From: the human T2T-CHM13v2.0 reference genome, Homo sapiens | Assembly (NCBI RefSeq): GCF_009914755.1 | Contig: NC_060947.1 | Direction: 5' to 3' (one strand) | Length of the DNA stretch: 64,000 nt | Part shown: piece after piece, positions 1 through 18,951 of the stretch | Layout of the letters: the number at the start of each line of letters is the position of its first letter | How positions within the stretch are numbered: the stretch's first letter is position 1 | Program-made: the position numbers and the translations under genes | The notes under the pieces: model-generated | What the model was told of the DNA's origin: nothing | The model's input: the letters and a program-made list of their open reading frames with translations, nothing else | Databases searched by the model: none

Positions 1-1997
<1,997 letters not shown>

Positions 1998-2049
1998 TCA
2001 TCATATTGATTTTATATGTGATATTGTTTCGACATGTATCAATGGGTAG

Positions 2050-3087
<1,038 letters not shown>

Positions 3088-4639
3088 ATGCCATCTATTT
3101 TTAAATCAATAGCACACAAACAAAAAATAGCAAATTTTTAGGGATATACGAATAAAATTATTTTGAGAAGAATTTACTAGATATCATTCCTATTGTCACT
3201 AAAATGATGTATGGCTAATATGTGTCATAACACTGTATTTCACTGTATAGCCTTATGCATAGCCTTAAGAATATTGGAAACTGAGAAGACTCGATCCACC
3301 TTGCATGGATCTACTAAGTTTAAAGCATATTAGATTTTTTATTTAAGAAAAATCTGCCAAATACTTCTATAAAGCAATTCATCTTTGAAATCTACCTTCT
3401 CCTTATTTCTCTTCTCTTTGTTTATTTTTATGTCTTCTTTTTCTTCACCTTCACCTTCTCCTCCTTCTTCTTACATGTTCCTTATCAATTATGCCTATAC
3501 GAAAAGGGAGGCACCTGTAACCTTGGGAGATATACATATCTGTAATTTTTGAGGATATTAGCCTAGCAAGAAAGGCTCCTCTCAATATTACTTGGTTACA
3601 GAGCTTGTTTACTAGGGAGCGGACAAATAAATGTGCTTAAGAGCCAATGTACAACCTAAGAGGAAAAGGCAACATCCCATTGGAAGTCAAATATTATTAG
3701 AAACCCAGTGATATTCTGCGATGTTTATGGAGAATATCTATTGGCACAAAAGGCCACCAAGCACAAGGTTATATGTGCCATGAACAAACAAGTAAAAAAG
3801 TTGCAGACCTAGACTCTATATTGGGAGAAGGGCTATTCAACTCAAGAAGCAAGAGTTAGGTTCTTGCTGACATCAGCATTTGAGGACATAAAGTTTTATG
3901 TAATTCCAAGTGCCAGAAGCAGGTCACCTTTGCTTCATAAACTTTAAGTAAAGCAATGCATATGATGTATCTGTATTGTCTCTGACATAAAGTGGATATT
4001 CAGTAAAAGTTAGATATTTATCCTATAATTACTCCTCCACCCACACCAGGAAAAAAAAGATTTTCTGTCATTTGTTTGGTTAGAATGTGCAGATTTTAGA
4101 TTTCTATTTGTTGCAAAGTTCAAACTCCCAGTTGATTGACTTCTTCCCCATCTTTAAGAAGTCTTCTAGCCATTATAATAAAAGCTTTTCTATAAAACTG
4201 CATTAATTCAAGTAACTTCATACCTTACAGTTATTTTCTGTCTTCCCAACATATGAAATTACTTTCCAAGGCTGGCCAGCATTTATTAATGCAAATATTT
4301 GGTGTCTTCCAATAACAATGAAGTAAAAGTTTTCGTAATTATATCAATCCTAGAATTTGGGTATTGTATTCCATTGTAGATGTACTTCATTTAATTTAAA
4401 TTATCGCATTATCAAAATATTTATGTTAATATTTTTAAATTCACGTAACAGTAAATAAATGTTAAACTCTGTGGGAAATCCTTTGTTTTTTTATTTTGTT
4501 TATTAACAGACTCAATCTACGTGTGCATCATAGTAGTACACTTAATCAAGGCAGTCAAACTTTTTAAATCCAAATAAATGGAGAAGATAACTAAGTCAAC
4601 TCTTTTGCTCACTTATTCTCCAGTCATTTCAAAAAATAT

Positions 4640-5022
4640 CCATAGAAACCAAATGCCACAGACTAGGCAGTTTATAAATGACAGAAATTTATTTCTCACA
4701 GCTCTGAAAGCTGGGAAGTTCAAGATCAAGGTGCTAGTAGATTTGATGTCTGGTGAAGGCTTACTTTCTGCTTCCAATGTAGCTCCTTGTTGCTGCATCC
4801 TCTGGAGTGGATGAATGCTGTCTTCACATAGCAGAAGGGACAGAAGGGCAAAAAAGGACAAACTTTCTCTCTCAATCCCGATTATACAGACGCTACTCAC
4901 TTCCATGATGGTGGAGCCCTCATGGCCTAATCACCTCCTAAAGGCTCCATCTCTTAATGCTGTTGCATTGGGGATTAAGTTTCAACATGAATTTTGGAGG
5001 AACAGAAACATTCATACCATAG
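4640..5022 (-). mobile_element. MaLR LTR (MSTD/MLT1A-like)
   Basis: cagaaatttatttctcacagctctg...ggggattaagtttcaacatgaattttggagg...cattcataccatag. Confidence 0.88.
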
Positions 5023-6049
5023 GCCCTGCTTTATATATGATACCAATTTTATAAATGAAAAATATAGTGCTATTTTTGAAATGATAGCTATAAACTTATT
5101 TTCCACATTTTCTTAAAAGTAGCCCACTTTTTCAAGGTTCAAAACACGTATTTTATTTCAAATATCATGTTTTACCACTGTGTAACAATTTCATCTATAA
5201 TGCACAATTCCTAGCCTACTGCCCCAAAACTTGAGTTCTTGATTTTATTTAAACTAATCACATTTTTTCACAAACCCTTTTCCATCTCCAAAAATATGCA
5301 TTCTTGTTTTTAATTTCAAAGCATCACAATTTTCAAAATGACATTCTTCAACTCAAGTCAAAACCTTCTTTTAGCTTAAGTTATGTGTATTTTCCTTTCT
5401 CATATTTTGTTTTGGATATAGGGGAACAACTAACTTCAAATCTGAAATGTATTTATGAATATCTGCAGAATTAAATATCTTTTGAATATAATTGTGGCCT
5501 GTTTTATACTGCTTTCTTAACAATCACCTGCAAATGAAGGGCATTTGATAATTGTTTAATTGAATTATATTCTCCTTATTATCATATGTAGCCCTATATC
5601 TAAGGTGAGTCCCAACAAACCATAGAAGCATTTGCTACGCTCTGTGGGAATTAGTACAGTGAGATGTGTGCTTAAGTCATTAGTAAACACATGCTGATTT
5701 GTTTCCAAAAAAAAAAGTTTAAAATGTTGTGTTAAAAACTACCAAAGGTATCATATATTTCAGATGAAAAATAAAAATAAGACACTAGCACACTGATAAA
5801 TGGTAGTTCGTGCAATCAATTCCGATTTAGTAGACTGTAGTTGAAATTTTCAGATAAGTGAGAAATATCTTACTGAAAATGAAAATGTACTATGTACTAC
5901 AAGAAAGCATGGGTAGTTATTATACTGTCGTAGGCCTTCATTACGAATATAACTATAAGTTATTGCAGCCCAGACTACATTGGTGAGCTTGTAAAGAAAT
6001 AATTATCTAGTTGTATTCACAATGCTACAAACACTCACAACATTTCATT

Positions 6050-6210
6050 TTATTCTCAATGCTAAATCAAAGATGAAGGACCTGCATAGGGTTTGCTTTA
6101 TGCAATTAGATAAGAAAATTCATGCTAAGGGAGCATAATTGCCAAAGATTACACAGCTTGAGCATGCCAGATCAGACTAGAACACACATATTCTGGGTTG
6201 AGAGCCTCTT
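6050..6210 (-). mobile_element. MIR fragment
   Basis: Degenerate core gataagaaaattcatgct...ttgccaaagattacacagct. Confidence 0.5.
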
Positions 6211-6819
6211 CTTTTTAAGGCTGCATATGATTGTTCTAGAATTTTTATATCCAGGTCTATGCCCATAGATGATATCTTCCTCACCCTCCTAGCTGCTGCC
6301 ATACACATGGACTCTTCACTTGTACTGAGCTAATTTGCTTTCATTTCAGGTTGTAAATGTGACGCTGACCCTAGACAGATTTAGAAGAGATTTTTATTTC
6401 TATTCTTGTCTCACAGGGGTGAGATTTAAGAAGGCTGTTTAAATACTTGTTAAATTAAATGTGCCAAAGTAATATGAAATTAGAAACTCTATAAATGGAT
6501 GGTAATTCCAAGTAATCAAACACATTAGGAAATTCAGACCAGGTCATTTTGCAAAGTCAAAAGTGTAAAAAAAGTATCTAAATTTAAAATTTAGTGTTTT
6601 CTTATGTCTGTAATGGAATTAGTTCTCCACTTCCCTTTTTCCTGCAGTATTTTCTTTCCAACTGTGACTACACCATCATATATTCAGATATCTGGCCCAG
6701 GGGACATGTCAACAAGCTTCCTTAACTGAGCCAGGTAATTTTGGAGAAAGAGTCCCTGAAGAAGGGCCAGAATTCTACCAAGAATAATCAGACTTAAAGG
6801 TAGTGGTCCAGTGGAAGCT

Positions 6820-7023
6820 CCTTAAAGCCCCATGGGACATTTGGTAATATCTGAAGACATTTTTGGTTACCATAACTGAATGATAGGTGCTTCTGTCATC
6901 TCAGTGGTAGAATCCAGGGATGCTGCTAGGCTAGGCATTTTTTAATGCACAGGCTCCCTCCATACACACCCTGAAGAATTATCCTACCCCAAAAGTCAAT
7001 AGTGCTAATATTGGGAAACACTG
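6820..7023 (+). mobile_element. MER20 (hAT-Charlie)
   Basis: gggacatttggtaatatctgaagacatttttggtt...aaaagtcaatagtgctaatattgggaaacactg. Confidence 0.88.
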
Positions 7024-7132
7024 ATCTATATGGGTATGTATCTCATTTTCTACTATGATAGTGTTGTAGAGAGCTTTGCATAGTTAACATTCTAGCAAGT
7101 TCTAACTTACTGACAAAGAGAAAGATCTATGA

Positions 7133-7663
<531 letters not shown>

Positions 7664-8235
7664 AATCCAGAGACTCCACACATTAACAAAATGAAAGTGA
7701 AATATTGTTGACACAGTGATATCTCATATGTGTGGGGGAGATGATGTAAGAAAGCTTATCTACTTTTATAATGATCACTCATGCACCCACAAAAAAATAT
7801 CTAGAGTAGAGAAATTGAGCAAGATAACAGAAAATAAAATTAAAATTTCTTGAGAATGACAGAGGCCAAACTAGAATTTAAACTGTATACAATTTAATAT
7901 GCATGCATAATGTTCTATTTCCCTCTTAATCAATGAATTAGAATAATAGTTAAGCAGTTGGCTTTCTCTTCTGAGTGTCAAAAGCTGCTATGGTTCCACT
8001 CCACAAAATCTTCGTTGGGATATATATCTTTTTTCAAAGCTCTGATTGTGTAGACCTTGCTGGGTTTTCCAAGAATGGACTTTAATAATAAAGTCTATGT
8101 TGTAATTTCTCTGTACAAAAAGCATAGCACCTCTTTTGATATGTTTAGTGTAATGTCGATTATGGTCCCTGGTATAGGTGCAATAACTGATCTTATTTTA
8201 CATAACATTAAAGAGGAACAGCTTTTCTTTTATAC

Positions 8236-8710
8236 TGTAAAAGAAAAATTAGACCAGACCAATTAAACGGGGAAGGAAAAATTTATTCAAGACTATTGCA
8301 ATAGGAAAGGGAGATTGAACTCAACAAAAGGCAAGAGGATTTTAAATGCTAAAGAGAGCTAATAGAAAAGTAAGATAGAATGGGGGAGGTGTGTCTGTAT
8401 GATTAGGCTATCTGTGTTTGCTAATTGGCACTTATCTAAGTTAGGTTCTTACTCTCCCACAGAGTCTGGGAGACCAAGGCTCTGTCTTTCTGGATGATTA
8501 CATTTCAAAGGGATGGCTCACAGGTTCTTGAGGAAGATATCCCTAGTTTGTAAAAGATTTACATCTCAAAGAGCCAGAGAAAGGAATTTACAATTGAAAG
8601 TTTTCTAAAGAAAATTATCTAAGAAAATAAGGACGGGGCCTGTAGTCAGGAAGAAACCTGTCTCATATTTAATCAAGCTGAAGGGAACATTAGGGCCGTC
8701 TTGGTTAATG
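8236..8710 (-). mobile_element. ERV1 solo LTR (MER31-like)
   Basis: Reverse strand begins accaagacggccctaatgttcccttcagcttga...gacaggtttcttcctgact. Confidence 0.78.
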
Positions 8711-9239
8711 CACAGTGAACTATGTCATTTTGAAACTTAACTGCTGAGAATAGTAATTTCTGATTTGAATTTCAGTCAGAAAAATAAATATTCCATTCAG
8801 CAATATCTTGTACTCCCCTTTTGTAACCAAATTACACAATTACACATTTTATCACCCTAACTGAGGCTTAAATTAGTGCTTTTTTTTTTCGGTTATCAAC
8901 TTCAAGAAACTCAATAGTGATGAATGGAAAAAAGAAGGAGTGGAAAGTAGTAAGGACAATTGCACCTAATTACCAACTCCAAATTGTTACAAGAAGATTC
9001 ATTCATTTTCAGATTTTCTAACAGTAACTTCTCAGTGCATAGCAATGGTATAGTGAATCATATTTGAAGACAAAGTCTCAATTTCAGGAGTTCACAGGGT
9101 GGAAGAGGTGAGTTCATAGGCAATTTGGTCATCTCAAAGACAATTTGCATGGGGCATACATGCAGGATCTCCTTGTCTCTAAATAATATTTTCATTTCAA
9201 CCTCATATGCTACTCTTCCCTTACACCCAACAGTGTGAG

Positions 9240-10050
9240 TTCTAACTTCTCTTCAGAATAAGGCAAATCTCCCAGTTTCATTTGTTCATAACACTCTGTA
9301 TTTTAAAGCATCGCTCACAACTGCAACTATTTAAATATTTGCATAACTGTTTATTTTTAAATGACCTGTCCTAGTTGTTTGTGAACTCCACAGTGCATAA
9401 ATGCTCATAGCTGACTTCTCCATTGCTGTGTCTCTATGACACAGGAGTTAAGAAGAAATTACTTAGGCAGATAGTGAGGGTATGGAAGTCCTCAGTAAAG
9501 TTTTTATTTTAATGAAAAGCAGCCCGAAATCATTTTCCTTTCTAACAAAGAGCAGCCTGTAAAACAAGCTGCTGACATAGATGCTGACAGTTATGCTAAT
9601 CATGATCAAGATGGCGGCTCTAACGTCCCTTCTCTTTGTCAGTCAGGTATACAGTAAGGAGCAGACAAGACGGCGCTGGCCAAGGGGAAAGTTCATTTGC
9701 ATATTAAGATTAGGGTGGGGCAGCCAGCCTTCCCAGAGCACTATGTAAACTTCATACCTGATGCCCTATGTAAATTAAACACCCCCTTCTCAAACCTGAC
9801 TATAAAATAGGGCCCATCTGCCACAGGCCATCTCAGAAGTCCCCTCTCTCTCACTAGAGAGGGCTGTTTTCCTTTCTCTTTCTTTCTCTTTCTTTTGCCT
9901 ATTAAACCTCCACTCCTAAACTCATGTGTGTCCATCTCGTACATTTTCTTGGTGCAAGATGAGGAACCCCAGGTATCCAGACAAGGGTAGCCACTTCATT
10001 TAGTCTAGCACCTGACCAAGAGTAAATATTAAATAATTATTTAAAACATA
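9240..10050 (-). mobile_element. L2 3' end, split by an LTR
   Basis: gtgaactccacag...ctccattgctgtgtctcta / gtctagcacctgaccaagagtaaatattaaataa. Confidence 0.55.
9437..9998 (+). mobile_element. ERV1-class solo LTR
   Basis: TG...CA termini (tgacacaggagttaagaag...ccacttca), near 4-bp TSD tcta/ttta, TATAAAA at 9801, ATTAAA at 9901. Confidence 0.88.
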
Positions 10051-11335
10051 TTGACACTGTGTAATAAACTTTTTGGTTTTGAGAAACTGACAGGTAAATT
10101 CCTTTTACTCCTCATGATGTTTCTTTAAAAAATTTTCCAAAATGCAATCTGTTTACTAAAAACAATATAAGTATTCAAAACAATCCACAATTGAGCATTT
10201 TGTAAGCTATGACCATGGATTTTTATCCATATGTTTTATGTCATAACATATATGTAATTAAATTTCAAGATGAAGATAAACTCAATCCCCCATTTACTTC
10301 GAAATGAAACATTTTATAGATAAAAGTAACATAATCTAAATGTACCACATCCGTTTTAAAGAACATTTAAAAATATTTGGCCAGTAGGGTTGGTGTGTAT
10401 TTCCATTGATAATGGGAAGAAACAACTTCTGGATTTTTAAAAAAAAGGTATAATAATGAAAACAAGAGCTAGAAATGAGACATAAGAAAAAATGAGACTG
10501 TGTAACTAAAATGTATTGTATGACTAATATACTTAGACACTCTATATAATGTATTTAATAAAGTAAAAAAAAATTGATTAAGATTTACCCTGAGAAGCGT
10601 AGCTAGCAAATATTAATGAAAACCAAGAGAATGGAAAATGACAGTTTGAACCTTATCCGTAAAACCTTACCCTACCCTTTAAGTTTGAATTGGATGATTT
10701 TCGTAGCTGAGGTTCTTCAGGTATTTAGTAAACTTAAACTGACTGCTTCTTATTTATTTTCACACTCATAGAAGCTGCTCTTTGGAACTTCAACACTATG
10801 TAATGTTTATCATCATCATGGTTACATTTTCAAATAGTTTACTACCAGCCAACATTTGTTTATAATAAGGATTCAAAAAAATAATGATGATATACAGAAT
10901 AAATAATATTTTACATTTACTCTTTTGTCTCACCAGTTGGCATAATGTAGTAATATAATGTTCAAATCTGCATCAGATCTTATAATCCCATGTAATTTGG
11001 CTGTAAATATTTTGGAGTTACTCAAACTTTTTTGAAAACGGGATTTCAAGTTTAATTTTGTGTATTTAATTTTAATATAAAATGAGAAGATTTTGACCAA
11101 AATTTTTTTCCTGAAAAGTCTTTTATGAAAATTGTTTAGGAACAATCTATTTGTCATACAGAAAATATTGGCCTCCCAAGCTATTTTAGATGATCAAATA
11201 CTCTTTCATTTTTTTATTTTTCGAAAAAACTCTATTTCAAAAATGAAACATCATGAAAATGTTTATTAAAATTTCTGTTAGCATTGTAGATATTAAAAAT
11301 CTGAAGGTTATTCAAGATAAGCAAAAAGAGAGTCA

Positions 11336-11665
<330 letters not shown>

Positions 11666-11774
11666 TTATTGAGTGACTACTATATGTTGGGTACATCATT
11701 TGCATTCAAGAAATCAGAGGTTTGATAAAATAATTGTAAGGCAATTTAAATTATACAGGATTTATTGTTGTATT

Positions 11775-12910
<1,136 letters not shown>

Positions 12911-13338
12911 TATTCTTTCTGAAAAGTCCTACTTTTGCTTAAATAATGTTTCCATTATTATAGGATACTGTAGTATATGTTGAGGTTATTGTTTCTAAAA
13001 CAAAAACTGAATGCTTAATGTTCTGTTCTTAATAAATTATATAATATATTTTAACTTTTAGAGAAAACCACAATATTATTGTATTAACCAACCCCTCTCC
13101 CAAGTACATGAGTGCCATCTCACTCTCTTGCTTTCACTCTTGCTCTCATTCTCTCTTACTCTGTAATTCTGGATGAAATATGAATATACTACCTTAACAG
13201 CCCATATCCAAATGGCTAGGATATTTAACCAACTTCCAAAAGCTTTGCTTTTGTATTTTCTTACCTTTTCCTATTATCACTTACATCCCTATGATTATAT
13301 TTGCTTACAATACACAATGTAGTGTCTGTCTTGTTATG

Positions 13339-13561
13339 CAGGGCCCAACAAAGTACCTCTTAAGGGCCAAATCCAGCCCACCACCTGTTTTTCTAAATAA
13401 AGTTTTATTGGAACATAGCCATTCCCATTTATTTGCCTATTATCTATGGCTGATTTTATTTTACAACAACAGAGTTGAATAGCTGTGACAAAGATTATAT
13501 GGCCAGTGAAGTCTAAAATATTTGCTATCTGGCCCTTTGCCCCAAAAGTTTGCTGTCTCCT
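13339..13561 (+). mobile_element. MER58A (hAT-Charlie)
   Basis: gggccaaatccagcccaccacctgtttttctaaataaagttttattggaacatagcc...atctggccctttgc. Confidence 0.9.
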
Positions 13562-14277
13562 ATTTATTGTTGGAAATGAAGCAAGTGTTGAATATATACC
13601 CATATCTTAATTAAATTAATAGAGGGATAGATGGATGGATGACAAGGGGTAGAGAGATGTGGCTTTATGTAAGAGAATACCACTTCATTTCATTTAGGGT
13701 GTTCAGATCCAAATCGATTTCTGGAGTACAAGAGAATTTTATTTTGGTTAGAGGGAAAGGAGGATGTATCTCTTCAAATAAATAATAAATATTGGGACAA
13801 GATGCTGAGGTGAAAAGAACTAAAAGATTTAGTTATTGACTTTTGTAAAAACCATTTAATTTCAAATCAGAAGAGCGGACTAATTTCTGATTGCCTCCAG
13901 TTCTGAAAAAAAAACCTGAATGCTCAATAAGATCATGAAGTGTGGTAGAGTTCACTATTACATAACTTAAAAAAATTTATACCCTAATATGTTCCTTAAC
14001 TTGAGGTGATTTCATTGCTACTTTTTCCTTCACTGTGGAAATGTTAATTAGTAAAAACTGAAAATGCACAGCATTAATGAAGGTTTTTTCCTAAAAGTTG
14101 ATACCAAATTTTGAAAGTAGAACTTTGAATACTTAGGGAATTTTTGATTATCAGAATTTCCTGTCCTGTCCTGTTTTGATATCAGAACAGTCCTTTGAAA
14201 TCTGGATAAGTGGGATATGTAAGACCTGGCTTGAGTAAGAATTTTGATGGAAATTGTGCAGCAGAAATCCAGAGACA

Positions 14278-14361
14278 GTTTTTTTGTTTTTTGCTTTTTT
14301 TGGTTTTTGTTTTTGTTTCGGGGTTTTTTTGTTTCGTTTTGTTTTTGTTTTTGTTTTTTTT
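14278..14361. repeat. (TTTTTG)n-like simple repeat
   Basis: Direct reading. Confidence 0.9.
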
Positions 14362-15639
14362 GGTATGTGAAGCTTAATTTCTTGGATTCGTTAAATAAAT
14401 AGATTCTGGACTGTAGAATCTTCAGAGAAGTGTTTGGGGACCAGAAATTTCCATGGTTGGTAGGAATATATTTTCTTTGGTCATCTCTGAAGCAATCTTG
14501 ATGATGGGCAAATGTACTACATAATAAGACTGTCAACCTTGATGTTTAAATTTCACTGCTTTTGTGGATTTAAAGTAGCTTTATAATTTTATAATATATC
14601 TAGTATAAAAACAGAATGTATAATTGGACTCTTCAAAATATAGAAATGACATTTATGTCTCATTTCCACTCTCAGAATTTATTTTATTTTTTTCATTTAA
14701 ATTATCTGTGTCATGCCATTTTCCATTTTTATCTGCTTTTTAATTTTATTTATACTTGTCTATGATGATAGAAAAATGCATAATAACGGCTGTGGTTGGC
14801 AATAAATAGGCCGTGAGACTGCATATTTTGTAACAGTGGAGGCTTGGGACATGAAACAAAAGCCCTGAGTGTTCAACTTTCCCTCTGTCTGGCTGCAGGG
14901 GACTGCTGTATTACCTCCTGAATAAAAGAAGACCTGGCTACAGAGCTGTGAGGACTAGAAAAATCTCTCTTTGCAAGCACTGTCCAATTTGCAAGTTAAA
15001 GTATAATAAAGCTGGACAATAAATTTAATAGGCAAACCTACCTGCCATGAAAAGCATTACTGATTTTCAATCAAGAGACCAGAGAAAAGTAATAGTTAGG
15101 AAGATTCTGATTTTAGAAATCAGCATTTTGAATACAAATGTTTAACACTGGGAAGAAAATAACTTTATATAAGGTCTGTATCAAACTATCTGACATATCT
15201 AGACATAAGGTATTTGTGGGACAAAAAGCAAAATATCAGTCCATTGTTAGAGTCTCCTCTATCCTCCCCCAAATGGTAGAATCTAAGAATGAGAAAAGAC
15301 CACACAAATGAGAGAAAAGAGACTCTAATTTCAAAAATAGCCTACAAAAGAATTCCTTCCTTTGATTTTATCAGTCTTTCTTCTTTATTTCCTTCCTTCC
15401 TTTTCTCTTCATTTGACGATGTATGCATTCAATAAGCATTAAGTAGCAATTATAATTTATTGTGATAAACACTGGAGATGAAATACAAATAATAAAACAA
15501 TATAGTAAATGACATAATAAAAATGTGTACATAATATTATCGCATGCCTGGGAGAAGCATATAATATCATTTAAGATGAGGAATTCAGCATGGAAATAAC
15601 CCATGTACTGAGTCATGGTATGAGTCAGCATTGGCTGTA

Positions 15640-17000
15640 GGAATGCTGACAGGAAAGAGATGAGGTAGAGATTGGGAAGAGGATATTCTTGATCATTAGT
15701 GCATTATAATAAAAGTCTTTGTAAAGCAAAATTATATAGTGTATGAAGAAAACAATGGCCACTCTGGGTTATTGAAGTCTAAAATAGGTAATGACCAGTA
15801 ACAGGGACAAAAAAGGAAGTTGGGCCAAATCATATGATAATTTAAAATTTTTGGAACTATTCTATGAGAAATTATGACCCATGGAAGCGTTTTAAGCGAT
15901 GAATTATTTGCAATATTGCTTTATTGCTTTTAAAATAGATCATGTTGGTGGCTTTTTGCAAGGTGGGTTTACACAGGTCGAGTGAGAGGGAACATTAATT
16001 ATTGATTGCTCACCCAACAAGCATACTTAGGATGTTGTTGTAATACTGAAGAGTTAGATTAAAACCTGAAATTAAAAAGTTATGTAGACGAATAGAAGTG
16101 AGCTCATTTTACAAATATTTAGAGGGTGAAATGGCAGCATATTACAACAAATGAGATGTCAGAGTTGAGAGAAAAAGAGATCTGAAGATGAGCCTCATTT
16201 TCTTTTCCAATCCAGATGCCTTTTATTTCTTTTTCTTGTCTAATTACTCTAGCTAGGAGTTCCAGTACTATGTTGAATAGAAGTGGCGAGAGCAGGTACC
16301 CTTGCTTTGTTTGTGATTTTACAGGAAATCCTATCAGTTTTTCGCCATCAAATATGATGTTAGCTGTGGTCTTTCATATATGGCCTTTATCATGTTGAGG
16401 TAATTTTTCTTCTGCTTCTACATTTTTGAGAATTTTTAAACATGAGTTTTGAATTTTGTCAGACAATATGATAGTGGTGATTATTTAACAATATATTTAT
16501 GTAGCAAAACAGAATTGTACACCTTAAACATACACATTTTTTATTTGTCATTCATATGTCAGTAAAGCTGAAAAAAAGATAAGCCTCAGGTATCTAGCTG
16601 GAATAATTGGGTGGATGGTGGTATAACTAAACAAGATGTAAAATAATCCAGAAGGAAAAAAATTTGATTGAGGAAAGGTTAGTGCAGTGTTCTTATGTGC
16701 TACAGTGAAAGTGCCTGCAGACAGCTGGACTTAGTGTGTAGCTCCAGGAGAGATCTGTGTAGCCTAATGGTCAGGGTAAAACCATGACAGTGAATGGACC
16801 CATTGCATGCAGTGCAGTGTGTGAATGGTAAACAACTAAATATTTTCAACATTCAACAGATATTTCCAGAGTTGAGAAAGTAGTGAGTGAAGAATGGAAA
16901 ATCATATTAGAGAAAGAGGTCCAAAGAAGTAGATCATTGAAGTGAAGAAACAAAACATTTGTAGTCATATGTCCTCAATCCAGGCTAGCTCTGTGTCATG
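15640..17000 (+). mobile_element. Degenerate L2, interrupted by an L1 insertion
   Basis: ccatggaagcgttttaagc, gaagatgagcctcaggtatctagctggaataattgggtggatggtgg. Confidence 0.65.
16198..16575. mobile_element. 5'-inverted (twin-primed) L1MA insertion
   Basis: Antisense ORF2 piece 16198-~16460 ([30 protein letters not shown]) joined to a sense L1MA 3' end and A-tail; TSD aagatgagcctca/aagataagcctca. Confidence 0.85.
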
Positions 17001-17114
17001 TTCTGCCTACTTTTAAACCAAAACCTGGCTGACCAAGGTGGAAGGTCCACTGTTCATTTCATTTCTATTTATTTTCTCACTGTCATCTTCAATTTAAATA
17101 TTTGCTATACCCCG

Positions 17115-17115
<1 letters not shown>

Positions 17116-17158
<43 letters not shown>
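17116..17158. repeat. (TG)n microsatellite, about 21 units
   Basis: Direct reading. Confidence 0.99.
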
Positions 17159-17161
<3 letters not shown>

Positions 17162-17178
17162 ATTATTCTAGAAAATTA

Positions 17179-17658
<480 letters not shown>

Positions 17659-18137
17659 TTATAATCTGGGTAATAAGATATACTTAAGAATTATTATCAT
17701 TTGCCATACGAATTAGAGTGATATAGGTGGAAAAAATGTTATATAATAGGATTCCAGTATTTTCAGCTTCTTTCCTTTTTCCAGTTTTAGAAATGATAAA
17801 ACTGAAGCCCAGAAAACTGATCTTGACTTTCCCAACATAATGATACTAGTTAGTGTTTAAATATATAGTTTTCAGGTGAACAAACGGATGCTTTGGGATT
17901 GAGATTTAGGAGATGGCCTCGCGATTAACTATGCTCCAAAGAAGTACATGCTGTCATAGAGAGGTAACTATATTTAATTGCTTCTTCTTTTAAAAGCACA
18001 TTATTTAATGGAGCATTCAAAATACATGACATATAGATTTCCATTCAGTATATTTTGCTACAATAATTCCATGCATTTGATAAAAGACGTCAAGCTCTTT
18101 TAAAACAGAAAGTCATAGTTCTTCCTTTCAAAGCCCT

Positions 18138-18920
18138 TCACTGCTTATTTTAGGATATACAGCATATCATTCTGGCTGATGCTGAGTTGCACACAAAGAA
18201 ACAGATTGTTCTTAATAAGTTCCACGAGTAGAAGGGACAGGAAACCAAGCATGAACACACAGTCACGGTCTCTGACATGGTAGGGTGCAGCAGTCCCTTT
18301 ATTTTTCATAGAGCCATGTGCTTATTGTATACCTTTTGAAATGTTGCTGCTTCCAGTCCTGATCTGCAGAACACTGTTAGGATAGTTCTCAGGGAGAACT
18401 GAGGAAATTTTTACGGCGGTGATGTATGCAAATGAAAATATCTGATCCACAGCGTTGATAAAGTTGGCTACAGTGACCAAGCCAGAGGAGTTAGGCTTCT
18501 GCTGGGAACACTCATAGATCTCTGTGGCATGCCTGTAAATATCCACATAGCCATCATGGATCTCCAGAGAGGGCTACTACCTTGAGGCACCATCCTCAAA
18601 AGCCTTTAAATGTTTGAGTCAGGACACTGAACTATGCTGCAGTTTGGCTGTTGTGTACAGCACTGGAAGGACATCCTTGTAAGACCCAGTAGACTAGACA
18701 CCTGGTTCATCATAATTTGTTCTAATAGGTCCACTGTGTTATGAATGGTGAGGATCACAAGTGGGACATCCTTGTGATTGGGCCAATCAAAGAGATTGTA
18801 CATTATGTTTTGTTTTTAGTCCACAGAAGGTTGAACTGCTCACAAGCCGTACAATAGTCTCCAGAGACAGTTTCCAAGTTATGTTACAGTAGCTTTATTA
18901 TGGATTGCATGTGTTGGCCT
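18138..18920 (-). pseudogene. Processed (intronless, 5'-truncated) pseudogene of origin recognition complex subunit 1: end of AAA+ domain and winged-helix C-terminus
   Basis: [47 protein letters not shown] matches ORC1 [47 protein letters not shown]; DIYRHATEIYECSQQKPNSSGLVTVANFINAVDQIFSFAYITAVKISSVL matches [50 protein letters not shown]; ends VQLSISQNDMLYILK* versus VRLNVSQDDVLYALKDE*. Multiple frameshifts and stops, no introns. Confidence 0.96.
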
Positions 18921-18951
18921 TTGTACATTGTAATGGGAAGCTTCTCCAGAG

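Noticed and set aside
14048-14536. 162-aa ORF, the longest non-L1 ORF
   Set aside because: Held open by the (TTTTTG)n repeat giving a K/Q/N-rich run; no recognisable domain
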